Part shown: positions 53,160 to 64,000 of the stretch, in pieces
Layout: every line of letters starts with the position of its first letter
How positions within the stretch are numbered: position 1 is the stretch's first letter
NCBI GenBank assembly: GCA_025594325.1
Contig: JANHCV010000001.1
Coordinates: forward strand, 4,464,001-4,528,000
DNA length: 64,000 nt
Source of the DNA: Blastocladiella emersonii ATCC 22665
Taxonomy: Eukaryota > Fungi > Blastocladiomycota
Direction: 5' to 3'
The notes under the pieces: generated by a model
What the model was told of the DNA's origin: nothing
The model's database searches: none
The model's input: only the letters and a program-made list of their open reading frames with translations
Made by a program: the position numbers and the translations under genes

Positions 53160-56113
53160 ATGGTGCAGCTCATGCCGCTCCTCGGCAGCCCGCTGCCCGC
53201 GCCGCCCGCCGCCGCCATGGACGGCTCCTGCCCCGCGCCACACTCGGACGCTGGACTCGTCTTCTCGACGCTCCTGCTCGCCGGCATCGTCATCTCTTAC
53301 GTCCCTCAGGTCCGCTACCCCGGGGTTTCTCGTCCGACGAGACGCTTACAACTTTTGGTGACCTGTGTAGCAAGCGAAAATCGTGCTGCGCAAGTCGTCC
53401 GAGGGCCTGTCGCCGTGGTTCCTCCTGCTCGGCGCCATCGCGACCATCTCGACGGTCGCCAACGTGCTGCTGCTTCAGTTTGGCGTCCTCGCGTGCTGCT
53501 CCGTGTGGTCGCCGCTCGCGTGCTTTGAGAACTCGCTCGGCCTCATCCAGGTCGCGGCCCAGGCCGTCATGTTCCTCGTCATGTACGCTGCCCATGGCTT
53601 CCGCGGTTGGACGACGCGCGCTCACACCTCTCGCGCGTAGCCTGGCCCTGTACATGGCCTACTTCCCGACCCACCTCAAGGCGTGCGACGCGTCCGAGGT
53701 CGCCCCGCTGCTGACCGAGGACCCGGACGTGGTCGAGGTGCTTCCGCCCGCGACCAAGGCCAACCTGTGGCGCGTGTCGCGCGCCGTCGCCGCCACGGTC
53801 CTCGTCTACCTCGTCGCCGTCATCGCGGGCGTCGCGGGTCTCCTCTACTGGACCGTGCAGACCTCCCGCCCGACGCCCACGCAGCCGCCGACGCCTGGGT
53901 CCGACCCGTTCGCGCCCTCGGCGCTCCTCACCGCGGTCGCCGGCGGACTCGGCGCCATCGCCACCGTCATGAGCTGCTGCCAGTTCCTCCCGCAAATCGC
54001 CGCGACATACGCGGCCAAGACGCCCGGCGCGCTGTCCATCGGCACCATGGCCATGCAGACCCCCGGCACCCTGCTCCTCATCTACTCGCTCGCGTCGCGC
54101 CCCGGAACCAACCTCTCGACGTACCTCTCGTACGTGGTCTCGGCCACGTGCCAGGGCACCCTGCTCGCGCTTGCCGTGTTCTACACGTGGCGCGCGCGCC
54201 GGTCCGCCGCTGCCGTCGGCGACTCGGGCGAGAGCGGTCGGCGCCGACTCTTCACGTACGGCGACCTCGCGGTCCAGGACGAGGAGGACGGCGTGCCCAG
54301 CCTGCACCACCGGTCCGGCAGCATCGACGCTACGGGCACCGCGTTGCCTGCCGGCGCGAACGACGAGGACGAGCCGCTGCTCGAGGAGACGGTCGTGGTC
54401 GGCGGTAGCGCTGCCGCCCCCGCAACTACGTCCATTGCGTCCGGCGCCACCACCGCCGTCGCCGCACCGCCGTCGTCCACCCACTTTGCGATCCCGAGCC
54501 ACGGCCAGCCCGGCATGGCGTCGCCGCCGCAGTCGCCGCTCGGGTCGACCGTCGCCGTCCGCTCGCTGTACCTCGGCGGCGACGCGAAATCCGTCACGTC
54601 CGCGTACGGCGGCGGCGTCGGCAGCACGGTCCTCGGCAGCGAGGACATGGCCGACGGCGTCGTACCGCCGATCCCGCCGTTGCCCGAGGTCGCCGCGGAC
54701 CTGATCCAGATCGATACCACGCCAACGACGGCAGCGCCCGCCGAGGAGGTGGTGCAGCTCGAGCAGCAGCACATGGCGGGCCCAACGCCGATCCCGCCCG
54801 TCGTCCTGTCGTCGCTCCTCAACGGGCTGTTCGGCGCCGACGTCGCCGCGCCTGCGCCCGCGCCCGCACCCGCGCAGCTCGAGGAGCCCAAGGAGCCCGC
54901 CGCTGCCGCCATCGTCCCGACCGCCGACCTCGCCCCCGCCGAGGACGTCCCCGCGCCCGCCGCGCTGTCGATCGATACGGCCGTGCCCGCGCACCGCCCG
55001 CCGCTCTCGCCCATCGGCGAGGTCGCCGAACCCTCGTCCTCGTCCGGCTCGACCGTCGCTGACGGCGCCGAGTCGCCTGCGCCTGCGTCGCCCGTGTCGC
55101 CGTCCACGTTCCTCGGCCGCGAGGCGGAGGAGGACGACGCGGCGGCGATTGCGGAAGCTACGCGACTGCCCGAGTCGGAGGCGGACGCGGCGTCGATTCG
55201 CCCGAGTCTTTCGGCTGCGACGCTCGCTGACGAGGGCGAGGAGGAGGTCGAGGAGACGGCGGTGGGCATCCCCACGATCGAGATCACTCCGCCCACGCCC
55301 GCCGTCGAGGTCGACATCGACGCGGCGGCGTCGGCGTCCGGGCCTGTCGTCGCTCCCGTCGAGCCCGCCATCGCCGAGGAGGAGGAGGACGCGACCCCCG
55401 TCGTCGTGGAACCCGTCCCCGCGCCGCCGACCGAGGAGCCCGCTGCCCTCGCCGACCCCGTCGAGCCGCAGACGACCATCGAGATGGCCGTCGTCACGGC
55501 CGCCGTCGAGCCCTCGTTCGACGCCGGGATCATGTTCGCGCCCAGCGTCACGGCGACTGAGACGGAGACGGAGGCCGAGTCAGAGGAGGTCGATGATGCT
55601 GCCGCGGCCGAGGTCATCGAGCGCGTCGAGCCCACGGCCGCCGAGTCGGTGTCCGAGGATGATGCGTTCACCGCTGCTCCCGCCGACGCCGAGGCCGAGC
55701 CGCAGCTCGCGCCCGAGCCCGCCGCCGCTGCACCCGAGGCCGACGACGACGCGGTGCCGCCAACCGTCGAGGTCGAGTCCACCACCACCAACATCGACGC
55801 CGTCCCGCGCCGCGACGCCGCTGCCGAGTACCTGGTCCGCGCCAGCTCGCCCGTCGAGGACCTGCCCGCCGAGGACTTTGCGTCCATGGCGGCGGCCGTC
55901 GAGGTCGAGTTTGCCCCGTCCACCGCTACGCTGTCGTCCCTCACCGAGTCGGGCGACGGCGACGGCGACGGCGACGACAACGAGGCCGAGGACACGTCGG
56001 CGTCGACGCCCGCGCCCGCGGCCGCCAAGAAGCAGGCGCCGGGCGGCAAGAAGAAGGCGGGCAAGACGGGGAGCCAGCGGAGCAAAAAGGGTAAGAACCG
56101 GCCTAAGTGGTGA
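53160..56113 (+). CDS. PQ-loop repeat transporter with very long acidic low-complexity C-terminal tail (2 introns)
   Basis: ISYVPQ|..KI..RKSSEGLSPWFLLLG and CQFLPQI..TY.AK.PGALSI..M.MQTPG give two PQ loops over 7 TMs. The tail is Ala/Glu/Pro/Asp-rich and includes EDEPLL. Confidence 0.88.
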
Positions 56114-56465
56114 GTGAGCGAGCGGGTTGGTGATGGTGACGAGGAGGCGGATGTATATGATCTTATGTATTGGTTTACGCTCGCACACGCGAAGGGGAGG
56201 ATTTGGTGAAGTCTCGGCGAATGGCAGCAACGGGCGGCCATGACCACGGGCGCGATGGTCGCGACCATGGCCAACGCGCGACCAAGTCACTGATCTCAAC
56301 GGGACACCCGTGCACACAGGACCGAGTTGCTAAGAACGAGAGTTTTATCAAGTACAAAAGGTTGTGGTTATCAAACGAGTAGTAATGGCTTCCTCCTCCA
56401 GCGGGGACACAAGACAGAGACACACCCAGAGCACGACGAGCGAGCGTCGGGCCGAGCCGAGCAGC

Positions 56466-57725
56466 TTAGAAGTCGTCGTCCATGGAGAAGGAGTGGGACG
56501 ACGAGGACATGACGTTGGCCTTCTGGTACTCGCCGACCTTCTTCTCGAAGAAGTTGGTCTTGCCCTGGAGCGAGATCATCTCCATGAAGTCGAAGGGGTT
56601 CTCGGCGTTGTAGACCTTGGGGCAGTCGAGGGCGACGAGCAGGCGGTCCGCGACAAACTCAATGTACTTGGCCATGAGGTCCGAGTTCATGCCGATGAGC
56701 TTGACGGGGAGCGCGTCCGTCAGGAACTCGATCTCGATGGCCACGGCCTCCTTGATGATCTTGGTGACCGTGGAGACGGGCGGCTTGTGCTTGAGGTGCG
56801 AGAAGAGCAGGCACGCGAAATCGCAGTGCAGGCCCTCGTCGCGCGAGATGAGCTCGTTGGAGAAGGTGAGGCCGGGCATCATGCCGCGCTTCTTGAGCCA
56901 GAAGATGGACGCGAAGGCGCCCGAGAAGAAGATGCCCTCGACGGCGGCGAAGGCGACGAGGCGCTCGGCAAACGACGTGTTGCGGTCCTCGATCCAGCGG
57001 CAGGCCCAGTCGGCCTTGCGCTTGATGCACGGGATGGTGTCGATGGCGTTGAAGAGGTGGTCGCGGTACTGCGGGTCGCGGATGTACGTGTCGATGAGCA
57101 GCGAGTACATTTCGGCGTGGATGTTCTCGATCATGATCTGGAAGCCGTAGAAGCAGCGGGCCTCGGGGACCTGCACCTCCTGCGAGAAGCGTTCGACGAG
57201 GTTCTCGTTGACGATGCCGTCCGAGGCGGCGAAGAAGGCCAGGACGTGGGCGATGAACTTGCGCTCGTCGTCGTTGAGGCGGTTCTCCCAGTCGTTGTAG
57301 TCCTTGGTCAGGTCCACCTCCTCGGCGGTCCAGAACGACGCCTCGGCCTTCTTGTACATCTGCCAGATGTCGTTGTACTTGATGGGGAACAGCACGAACC
57401 GCTTCTTGTTCTCCATGAGGATGGGCTCCTCGAGCTCGACGTTGGACAGCAGGCTGCGCACGGGGCCGCGGACTGCGGACGTCGACGGCGCGTCCTTGGC
57501 GGCAGCAGCAGCCGCGGTTGATGGCGTCGCGGCGGCGGCCTTGCCGTTGGCGGCAGCGACGACGGCAGCACCGGCCGACTTCTTCTGCGAGTCGACCTCG
57601 AGCGTCTCGAGGTTGCCTGTCAGCTTGGTGCGCGGCGTGTCGTCGAGCAGCGGCGTCGGTGGCGCGGCGGCCGAGGCCTTGACGGGCGACTTGCGGGCAG
57701 CAGCGGTGGTCATCTTGTTGGGCAT
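56466..57725 (-). CDS. RNR2: Ribonucleotide reductase small subunit, intronless
   Basis: [72 protein letters not shown]-like [11 protein letters not shown] and MDDDF*. Confidence 0.98.
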   Translation of the reverse strand: MPNKMTTAAARKSPVKASAAAPPTPLLDDTPRTKLTGNLETLEVDSQKKSAGAAVVAAANGKAAAATPSTAAAAAAKDAPSTSAVRGPVRSLLSNVELEEPILMENKKRFVLFPIKYNDIWQMYKKAEASFWTAEEVDLTKDYNDWENRLNDDERKFIAHVLAFFAASDGIVNENLVERFSQEVQVPEARCFYGFQIMIENIHAEMYSLLIDTYIRDPQYRDHLFNAIDTIPCIKRKADWACRWIEDRNTSFAERLVAFAAVEGIFFSGAFASIFWLKKRGMMPGLTFSNELISRDEGLHCDFACLLFSHLKHKPPVSTVTKIIKEAVAIEIEFLTDALPVKLIGMNSDLMAKYIEFVADRLLVALDCPKVYNAENPFDFMEMISLQGKTNFFEKKVGEYQKANVMSSSSHSFSMDDDF

Positions 57726-58696
57726 GTAAGAGTGACGTGGAGGGGGGAGTTTTCTACTCGCAAGCAGCGGGTCGGCGTGAGTGCCAGCTGAGGGCGGAGA
57801 GAGAGCGGGAGGGAGGGGCGCGGGGCGGGGCAGCGGAGGAGAGGGTGAGCCGTCGTCCCAGACCCCGTGAGCGTGAACGTGAGCGACTCGTCCCGACCCG
57901 AATGGAAGGGACGGCCGGGCGCGCGGCTCACAGGGCGAACATGAGCGTTACATGGTGCAAGAGTCGATACATACGCGAAGGGAGGGGGGTAACGGGTTCT
58001 AGGAGTGCTCTGCAGCGAGGGAGACGCGAGCGAGGTGTGCGAGGGGAGACGAGCTTCGGGTGACGGCGGAGAGAGAGCGAGCGAGCGGCGCGGCGGTAAA
58101 GAGTCAGAGCGCGCGGACGGGCGGCCGTGTGAAGCGCCAGGAGCAGCCGGACCCGATGGCAGGATAGCGGCGTCGAAGGGCCGGCCGAGATGACCGGCGA
58201 GCCCGATCGCACGCCTTCTCGTCTGTCAGTCGTTGGTTCGCCGCGGCAGCGGCTTGCTCGCGAGTTCAGTCACCCCGGCCGGCGGGTTCTGCTGCTCACC
58301 GCGAATAAAATCGGACCACCGTGCCAGCGATGACGCACATCGGATACCGGGTCGCGTCGTGGTGCGCGAGGACGTCGGGTGCCGGGTACGCGGCATTCAT
58401 GCAGCCGGACCCGGAGAACGCCGCGTCCGGACCGGCAGGACGCGTCGTTCACGGCCAACATTTTTGGAGCTAGCTCGCCGGCCTCGCCGAGCATTTCAAG
58501 GACGCGTTTCTCGATCGACAGACGACACTCAGAACGAGGAGGGACAACGGTTGAGACGATAAAGTAGAAATGCGTAATGACCAAGATTCATTCGATCCCC
58601 TCGGCTCGCGCCACGACCGACGCACCGCACCGAAGCGCACGCCGCCGAACCGCAACAAAACCGACACCGAGGCTCGCGCGAGACCTCGACCGCCTC

Positions 58697-59779
58697 TTAC
58701 TGCTGAGCGGGGGCGGCAGCACCACGGCCAACACCGCGGAACTGGGGGCGGTAGTCGCCGGTGGCGCCCTCCTTCTTGTCCGAGCGGCGGTACTCCTCGC
58801 GGTCGCCGGTGGGGCGGGGGCCGCGGCGCTCACCCTCGGGGCGGGTGGTGCGCGTGGGGGCGCGGGTGGCCTTCTTGAACGTGTTGGGGAAGATCTCGGC
58901 GGGGATGTTGAGCTCGTTGCGGAGGAACTCAATACCTAGCGAACGCGCGCGATAGAGCGACGTTAGCTCCTCGCTCATTCGACGAACGGAGGGGTTGCGA
59001 GTGGGAGGGATTGCGCCACGCGTGGAACGAGGGACGCGGCTGCAACGTCAGGCGCGCTGGAGGGAGCTCCGCGCAGCGATCGGCGGCCGAGACGGCGAAA
59101 CGGACGGACGGACGGACAGACGGGCGTCATCGATGCGGAGAGGAAAGACGGCGGAGCTGTCAGCGATCGTGTCGTTGCGACGGGATCCGCAGCTATCGCG
59201 GCGTCGCGACGGATAGTCGCCACAGGGCGGGCGCGCAAGTCCGCGTGTGCAGCAAACCGGACGCGCAGCGTTCCTTCAGGCGAGGAAATAGCGCGACAGC
59301 GCCGGCGCAGAAATCGATCGGGCAGAGGTTCCCCGTGCTAGCGAGAAAATGCAGGGTGCTGGTGCCGGGAGCGAAATAGCAGCAAGAAACGGCGTTTCGC
59401 GCCGGTGTGCACGGCAGTCCATCCGTCCGTTCCGTCGTCATGCGTGTTGTCGATACATGGTTTTGCGCGCGGAGCTCCAGCCAGGCGATCGGCGAGCGTT
59501 TCATTCCACCCGGGCGGCGTGTAGGAGGCAGGGGGCGAGTGAGCGTGCGACAGCGGCGACCGTACCGGCGTCGGTCAGCGTGTAGTAGTAGTACTGCCAC
59601 GAGAACTGCGACTTGACGTAGCCGCGCGACTCGAGCGACTGCATGGTCTTGAGGACCTGCAGGTTGGGGATGGGGATGTCCTTGTGGCGGGGCTGCTCGA
59701 AGTCCTTGCGCGCAACCAGCACACCCTCGCGGAAGAGGTAAGTGTAAACGAGCTTCCGGTTTGTCTTAGGGATGAGCAT
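58697..59779 (-). CDS. RPS10: 40S ribosomal protein eS10 (intron 58936-59565)
   Basis: MLIPKTNRKLVYTYLFREGVLVARKD, PNLQVLKTMQSLESRGYVKSQFSWQYYYYTLTDAG|IEFLRNELNIP and RREEYRR..KKEGA.GDYRPQFRG. Confidence 0.97.
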
Positions 59780-60088
59780 TTCGGTGATTCGTCGGTGCGT
59801 CGAGTAGCGTGTAGGCCCAGAACGACGGAAGAGAGCGAGCACCAATTGTAATGCTGGCTGGTTGAGCGTGGCGACCAACGGCTGGTGGAGGGAGTGGCGC
59901 AAACCTCGAATTCGACGTCACCTGACCTCAAACGCCACACTGTGGCCTGCCTGAGCCTCAGACGGCCCTCAGGTCAACCTGCAGGTGGAACCCCGTTGGC
60001 GCCCTCGCTCTCCGAAACAAGTACGACGTGCCAAACACCGCACCCGGAAGCAACGTAACTTGGAGCAAACCACTTTCTTGCACCTATC

Positions 60089-60860
60089 ATGGCCCAGGGA
60101 CTCGTTAAGAACAACAAGGCGGCTGCCTCGATCACCAAGCACCACCGCAAGCCTGGTCCGGTCGCCTCGCTCCCCTCCAATCCTGCCGCACCCCTACACT
60201 CCACTCATCCAACCCGACCGCTTCAGAGACTTTCCATGATCCTATTTCACGTTCCATGACCCAATTTCACGTGTCTTGTCCCTGCCTCTACCCCGCGCAC
60301 TCCTCCACGCGGCGGTCAAGGTTCCGAGTTCTTACGAGGGCCATCCTCCGCTCCTTTACACTGGCCACTCGCACCTGGCTTAGCCCTCCTGCCTGATTGT
60401 CCCCAAAGCCGGCGCAAAACTGAGTCCTTTTGATCACCTTGCTCTCTGGCCCAGCGTGACAATTCGCGTCCCCGCCAACTCCCCCCCCCCCTCTGACGGT
60501 CATCCTTGACCTGCCTGCAATCTCGTCCCCGCTACTGAGAGTTAGTTCAATGACCTAACCGGTGCTGTCTCTTGTTTTCTCAGAGAAGGCCAAGGTCGGC
60601 AAGGGTGGCGTGGCCAAGAACTCGAAGCTGCAGAAGGTACGATCATCCGCGCCCATTCTCGGCTGCCCATGCGCTGACGACAACCATCGCGCCCGGCCGA
60701 GTAGAAGCTCAAGGCGCAGAGTGTCAACGACATCGAGCGCCTGATGGCGACCCGTGCCGCCGCGACGGGCAAGCTCAACATGATGAAGAAGCTCGCCGAC
60801 CCGTCGGCTCTCAACAAGAAGAACAAGAAGGGCACGAAGGCCGCGAAGAGCACCAAGTAA
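60089..60860 (+). CDS. Small basic protein, UPF0390/DUF2462 (C19orf53/LYDG10-like) (2 introns; first 60156-60583)
   Basis: MAQG.VK.. start, Lys-rich, KLQK|KLKAQSVNDIERLMATRAA. The donor GTCCGG for intron 1 is inferred from frame continuity; a similar GTCCGC donor is used in the PQ-loop gene. Confidence 0.7.
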
Positions 60861-60953
60861 GTTCTCACATCGAGGATAGTCTCTCTCTCTCTCTTTCGTG
60901 CGGCCCGAACGATCGGGAACAGCCTTTGTACAAATTTCTTCATCATAGCATCA

Positions 60954-61727
60954 TTAGGTTTTCTTGTTAGACTCTTCTCCTCCCCGCCCTCGCTCCGTGA
61001 GAAGCTCGGCTGGGCCCGTCCCGTTGACCCAGTGGTAGGCGAGCTCGGCGGCAGGCTCTGCGTCAAGCTCCATCTTCACAACTGACTCGCTCAAGCCCAG
61101 CCTCGCGGCGAGGAGGCCGGCGAGCACATGTGGACACTACATGAGATGTATGTCAGCTGTCATCTGGGGCCAGGAGCGATGAGTGTGAGAGCGTACCATG
61201 ACGGTCTCAGCGCGTGTGATGACCTTGGTCGAGAACAAGGAGCAGGTGCAGTGCCGCCCGTTGAGTGAGCACGCCGCGGGTTGCGCCAATGCTCGTTCTG
61301 TTGACGTGGACGAGGAAGTGCCGCTGCGCCGGGACCTGGACGGAGGTGTAGTGGCCTTCTCCAACGTCCGCTCAAGCAGGTGTTCGAGGTCCTCGAGATC
61401 GGCGATGCACAAGGGCCCATCATTCCGCAGGGCAAAGTCGTAGAGCGTCGGTTCCTCGCCATCAACAATCGCGAGGGGATTGAGCGGAGGAAGAACGAGA
61501 GCAAACTGGACATCGGGCCGCGGCGTCTTGAGGACGACGAAGAGCGAGCGGTGCAACAGGGCGAGCGCATCCTCGAGCAGCTGCCCGTCGAGGATCACTG
61601 CGAGCCGCAGTAGCGCCTGGTCGCTCAGCTTGGAACTCGGTGCGAGCGGCGAGGTCTCGCCGCTTCGGAGCTCATAATCAGCTATTTGATTGATTGCATG
61701 GAGTACTGTGGAAAGGAGCGTTGTCAT
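60954..61727 (-). CDS. ZSWIM7: SWIM zinc-finger Shu-complex subunit Sws1/ZSWIM7 (1 intron)
   Basis: LSDQALLRLAVIL..Q.LEDALALL.R N-terminus; SWIM motif HCTCSLF....TRAETVM|CPHVLA (CxC..CxH) spans a GTACG..TAG intron at ~61137-61196. Confidence 0.85.
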
Positions 61728-61959
61728 GGTGGCTCAGCGGGGAGCGGTCGAAAGGGGCGGGTCACCCTTGTCGAGATCAGCCCGCGCCTGCCCGCGTGCC
61801 ACGTCAGCTGATGGCGCGACGCGTCTCCAACTCGGCGCGACGCGTCGTGTCCCGCAAAGGCCATCCAAGTCGAGCCCGCTTTGGTCGGTTTGGATCTAAG
61901 ACGACTTTCATGCAGCCATACTTGCCGACGTAGCGGACTTCTCGCAGCATTGCTTCATC

Positions 61960-64000
61960 ATGAGCTCCGAGAGCGGGACCGCAAGTCGGGCCAACCTGAG
62001 CCGCGGCGCTGGCGCCGGCGCCGGTATGGACGATCGTCATCACGTTTATCCAGTAGAATGAACTCATCAATCCAACTATCTAGGCCCACCGCTCCCGGCA
62101 CAGCCCGTGATCAACGTGCTGGCCGAGGACGGCAGCAAAGCGACGCCGGCGTTCGACCGCTACGCCTCGACTGGATCGTCGGCTTCTCTGACCGCGGGGC
62201 TCGCGACAACATCTCGTAAACCGCCCTCATCGTCAGCGCGCGCCAGCGGGCTTCGGTCGCACATGGACCTTTCGCCCGCGGGCAGCACCCGCGGCTCGGC
62301 GGTGGGACTCGCGCGCTCCACGCGCGATCTCAACAAGTCGGTGCTCGCGGTCCACGGCGGTGGTAGAGGCGCCCGCGGCCAGCTGGCATCCACGTCGAAC
62401 CTGCACCGGACGCCCTCGAGCCGGCTATCCACGCCACAGACGGGTGGCTCCCGCTCGCGCATGTCGCTCCGGTCTCCGTCGTCTGCGCGCGTCGACGTGA
62501 GCCGGTCCGAGCTGCAGCAGTGGGGCAACTTCTACCGCGGCTTTCACGACGGCATGTCCAACATTGACCGTGTGCTCGCCAACCTGTCGTCCGCCAAGCA
62601 CGTCCTCGGCAGCGCGTCACCCCTCATCGAGGTGCCGACGCCCGCCAGCAACAACACGGCCGCCCCTTCGCGCGAAAACCTTGCCTCGCGGTCGCCGAAC
62701 CGGAGCACCATGGCGCCTTCGGCGGGCCCGAGCCGCACGAACGAGTCGTACCTCCGCCTCGATGCCGACGGGTCTCGCCATAGTCAAGGGGGGTCGACTT
62801 CGCCGCTCGGCCACCACAGCACCTCGCTCGCCTCGGCCGCTCACGGCCAGGGCACCTCCCTCACCAACCTCGCCCTCTCGCCCGTCCGTCACACGCCGGT
62901 CCCGACTGAGCCGTACACGCCGATGCACGCGCGCCCGACCACGCCCGCCGACCAGAACCAGTCTCCGCAGAACGGCTCGCCCGTCGCCGGTTCCATGGCT
63001 TCTGTCGTACGTCTCCTTTGCGACCCACTGCCGTGACCCTCGACTCACTCGCTCCATCTATACAGGGTCCCGAAACCAACACGTCGTACCGGCTCATGGG
63101 TCGCGACGAGGGCGGCGACCCGCACGGCTCCGAGATGTTCCTCGCCTCGCACCAGCCGTCATCTTCGTCTCCTGTGCGTCGGTCGCAGGCCAACATGGCG
63201 GCTCTGTTCGCGTCCGACATTTCGCCCGACCGGAACGCTACCCGCCGCTCGAATCTCGCCCTCAACTCGCGCTCCCCCGGCGCCGGCGACCGCACAGCGG
63301 CCACCGCTGCCCGACAGCCATCGCGCTCGCCGAGTCGCTCACCCGCTTCCCCGGGCATCAGCCGTCGCTCTCCCCGCCGGCCCTCGGCCGAACCGCCCGC
63401 GCCGCCGCCCCCGCCCGCCGTCGACCCGAACGAGGCGACCATCATGCGCCTGCAGAAGCGCATCGCCGAGAAGAACAACACCATCTCGAACCTTAGCTTC
63501 CGCGTGCGCCAGATGGAGCGCGAGATGCAGTGGGCGCGCGTACAGGGCCAGGCGAACGCGGCGGCCGCGGGCCACGACGCGCAGCACCGCACGCGGATCC
63601 GCGAGCTCGAGGGCCGGCTCGCGCGCGACGGCCGCGAGATGGCGGCCATGGCGCAGCAGCTCGACCTCGTCCGCACCGAAACCCGCCGTTTGATCGAGGA
63701 GCGCGGGGCGTACCTCGAGGCTGCGTCGGCGACGCCCGTCGTCGAGGTCGTCGCGCCTGCTCCCGTCGTGGTCCAAGCTCACTCCGCCCCCAAGTGGCAC
63801 CCGAACACCGCGGCAGCGGCAGCTGCCCTCGACGCCGTGGTCCAGTGCCAGACCCACGGCCTCGAGTCGCCCTACTTCCCGCAGTTCGCGCCGCTGCTCA
63901 CCCGACTCTCGGCGTTCTGCGCGTCGCTCGCCAAGCCGACCACCGCGGCCGTCGACCCGGTCCAGATGCTCGAGCGGCCCGCGCTCAGCCTCGTCGGCGA
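61960..64000 (+). CDS. Hypothetical Ser/Pro/Arg-rich protein with coiled coil; truncated at window end (at least 2 introns)
   Basis: MSSESGTAS..GAGA|GPPLPAQPVINVL across a GTATGG..TAG intron; second intron at ~63007-63065; coiled coil IMRLQKRIAEKNNTISNLSFRVRQMEREMQ. Confidence 0.65.

Noticed and set aside
56364-57521. 385-aa plus-strand ORF
   Set aside because: Antisense shadow of RNR2.
57725-58697. ~1-kb gap with several short ORFs
   Set aside because: No recognisable product; consistent with RNR2 promoter and RPS10 terminator.

Overview
Gene-dense, very GC-rich eukaryotic DNA with mostly short (~50-90 nt) GT-AG spliceosomal introns. The gene set combines fungal markers (Pet127, Rtt106) with centriole genes (CEP83, CEP76), an ABCA transporter, DGAT1 and the B12 enzyme MMAB. 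This points to a zoosporic, early-diverging fungus, probably Blastocladiomycota-like (inference). I can support about 32 coding loci, many in tight head-to-head or tail-to-tail pairs. I see no rRNA, tRNA, CRISPR array or intact transposon. Most interesting observations: (1) a nucleotide-sugar-transporter-like protein fused to a Fringe/DUF604 (GT31)-like domain with a degenerate DxD (13648-16466); (2) a D-lactate dehydrogenase with an N-terminal cyclic-nucleotide-binding domain (38958-40616); (3) a ~390-bp near-perfect inverted repeat over the ABCA 3' end, joined to a much more diverged inverted pseudogene fragment of a gene ~8 kb away (27369-28980); (4) a putatively myristoylated PAK-like pseudokinase (DFG->YWG); (5) three oversized introns (GPCR, YPT1, RPS10) that each carry complementary arms near both ends, which could fold them back towards normal intron size; (6) a CHCHD2/Mix17-like protein without its CHCH domain; (7) islands of A/T-ending codons on conserved catalytic motifs. 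All family assignments come from motif recognition by eye; no database search was run.
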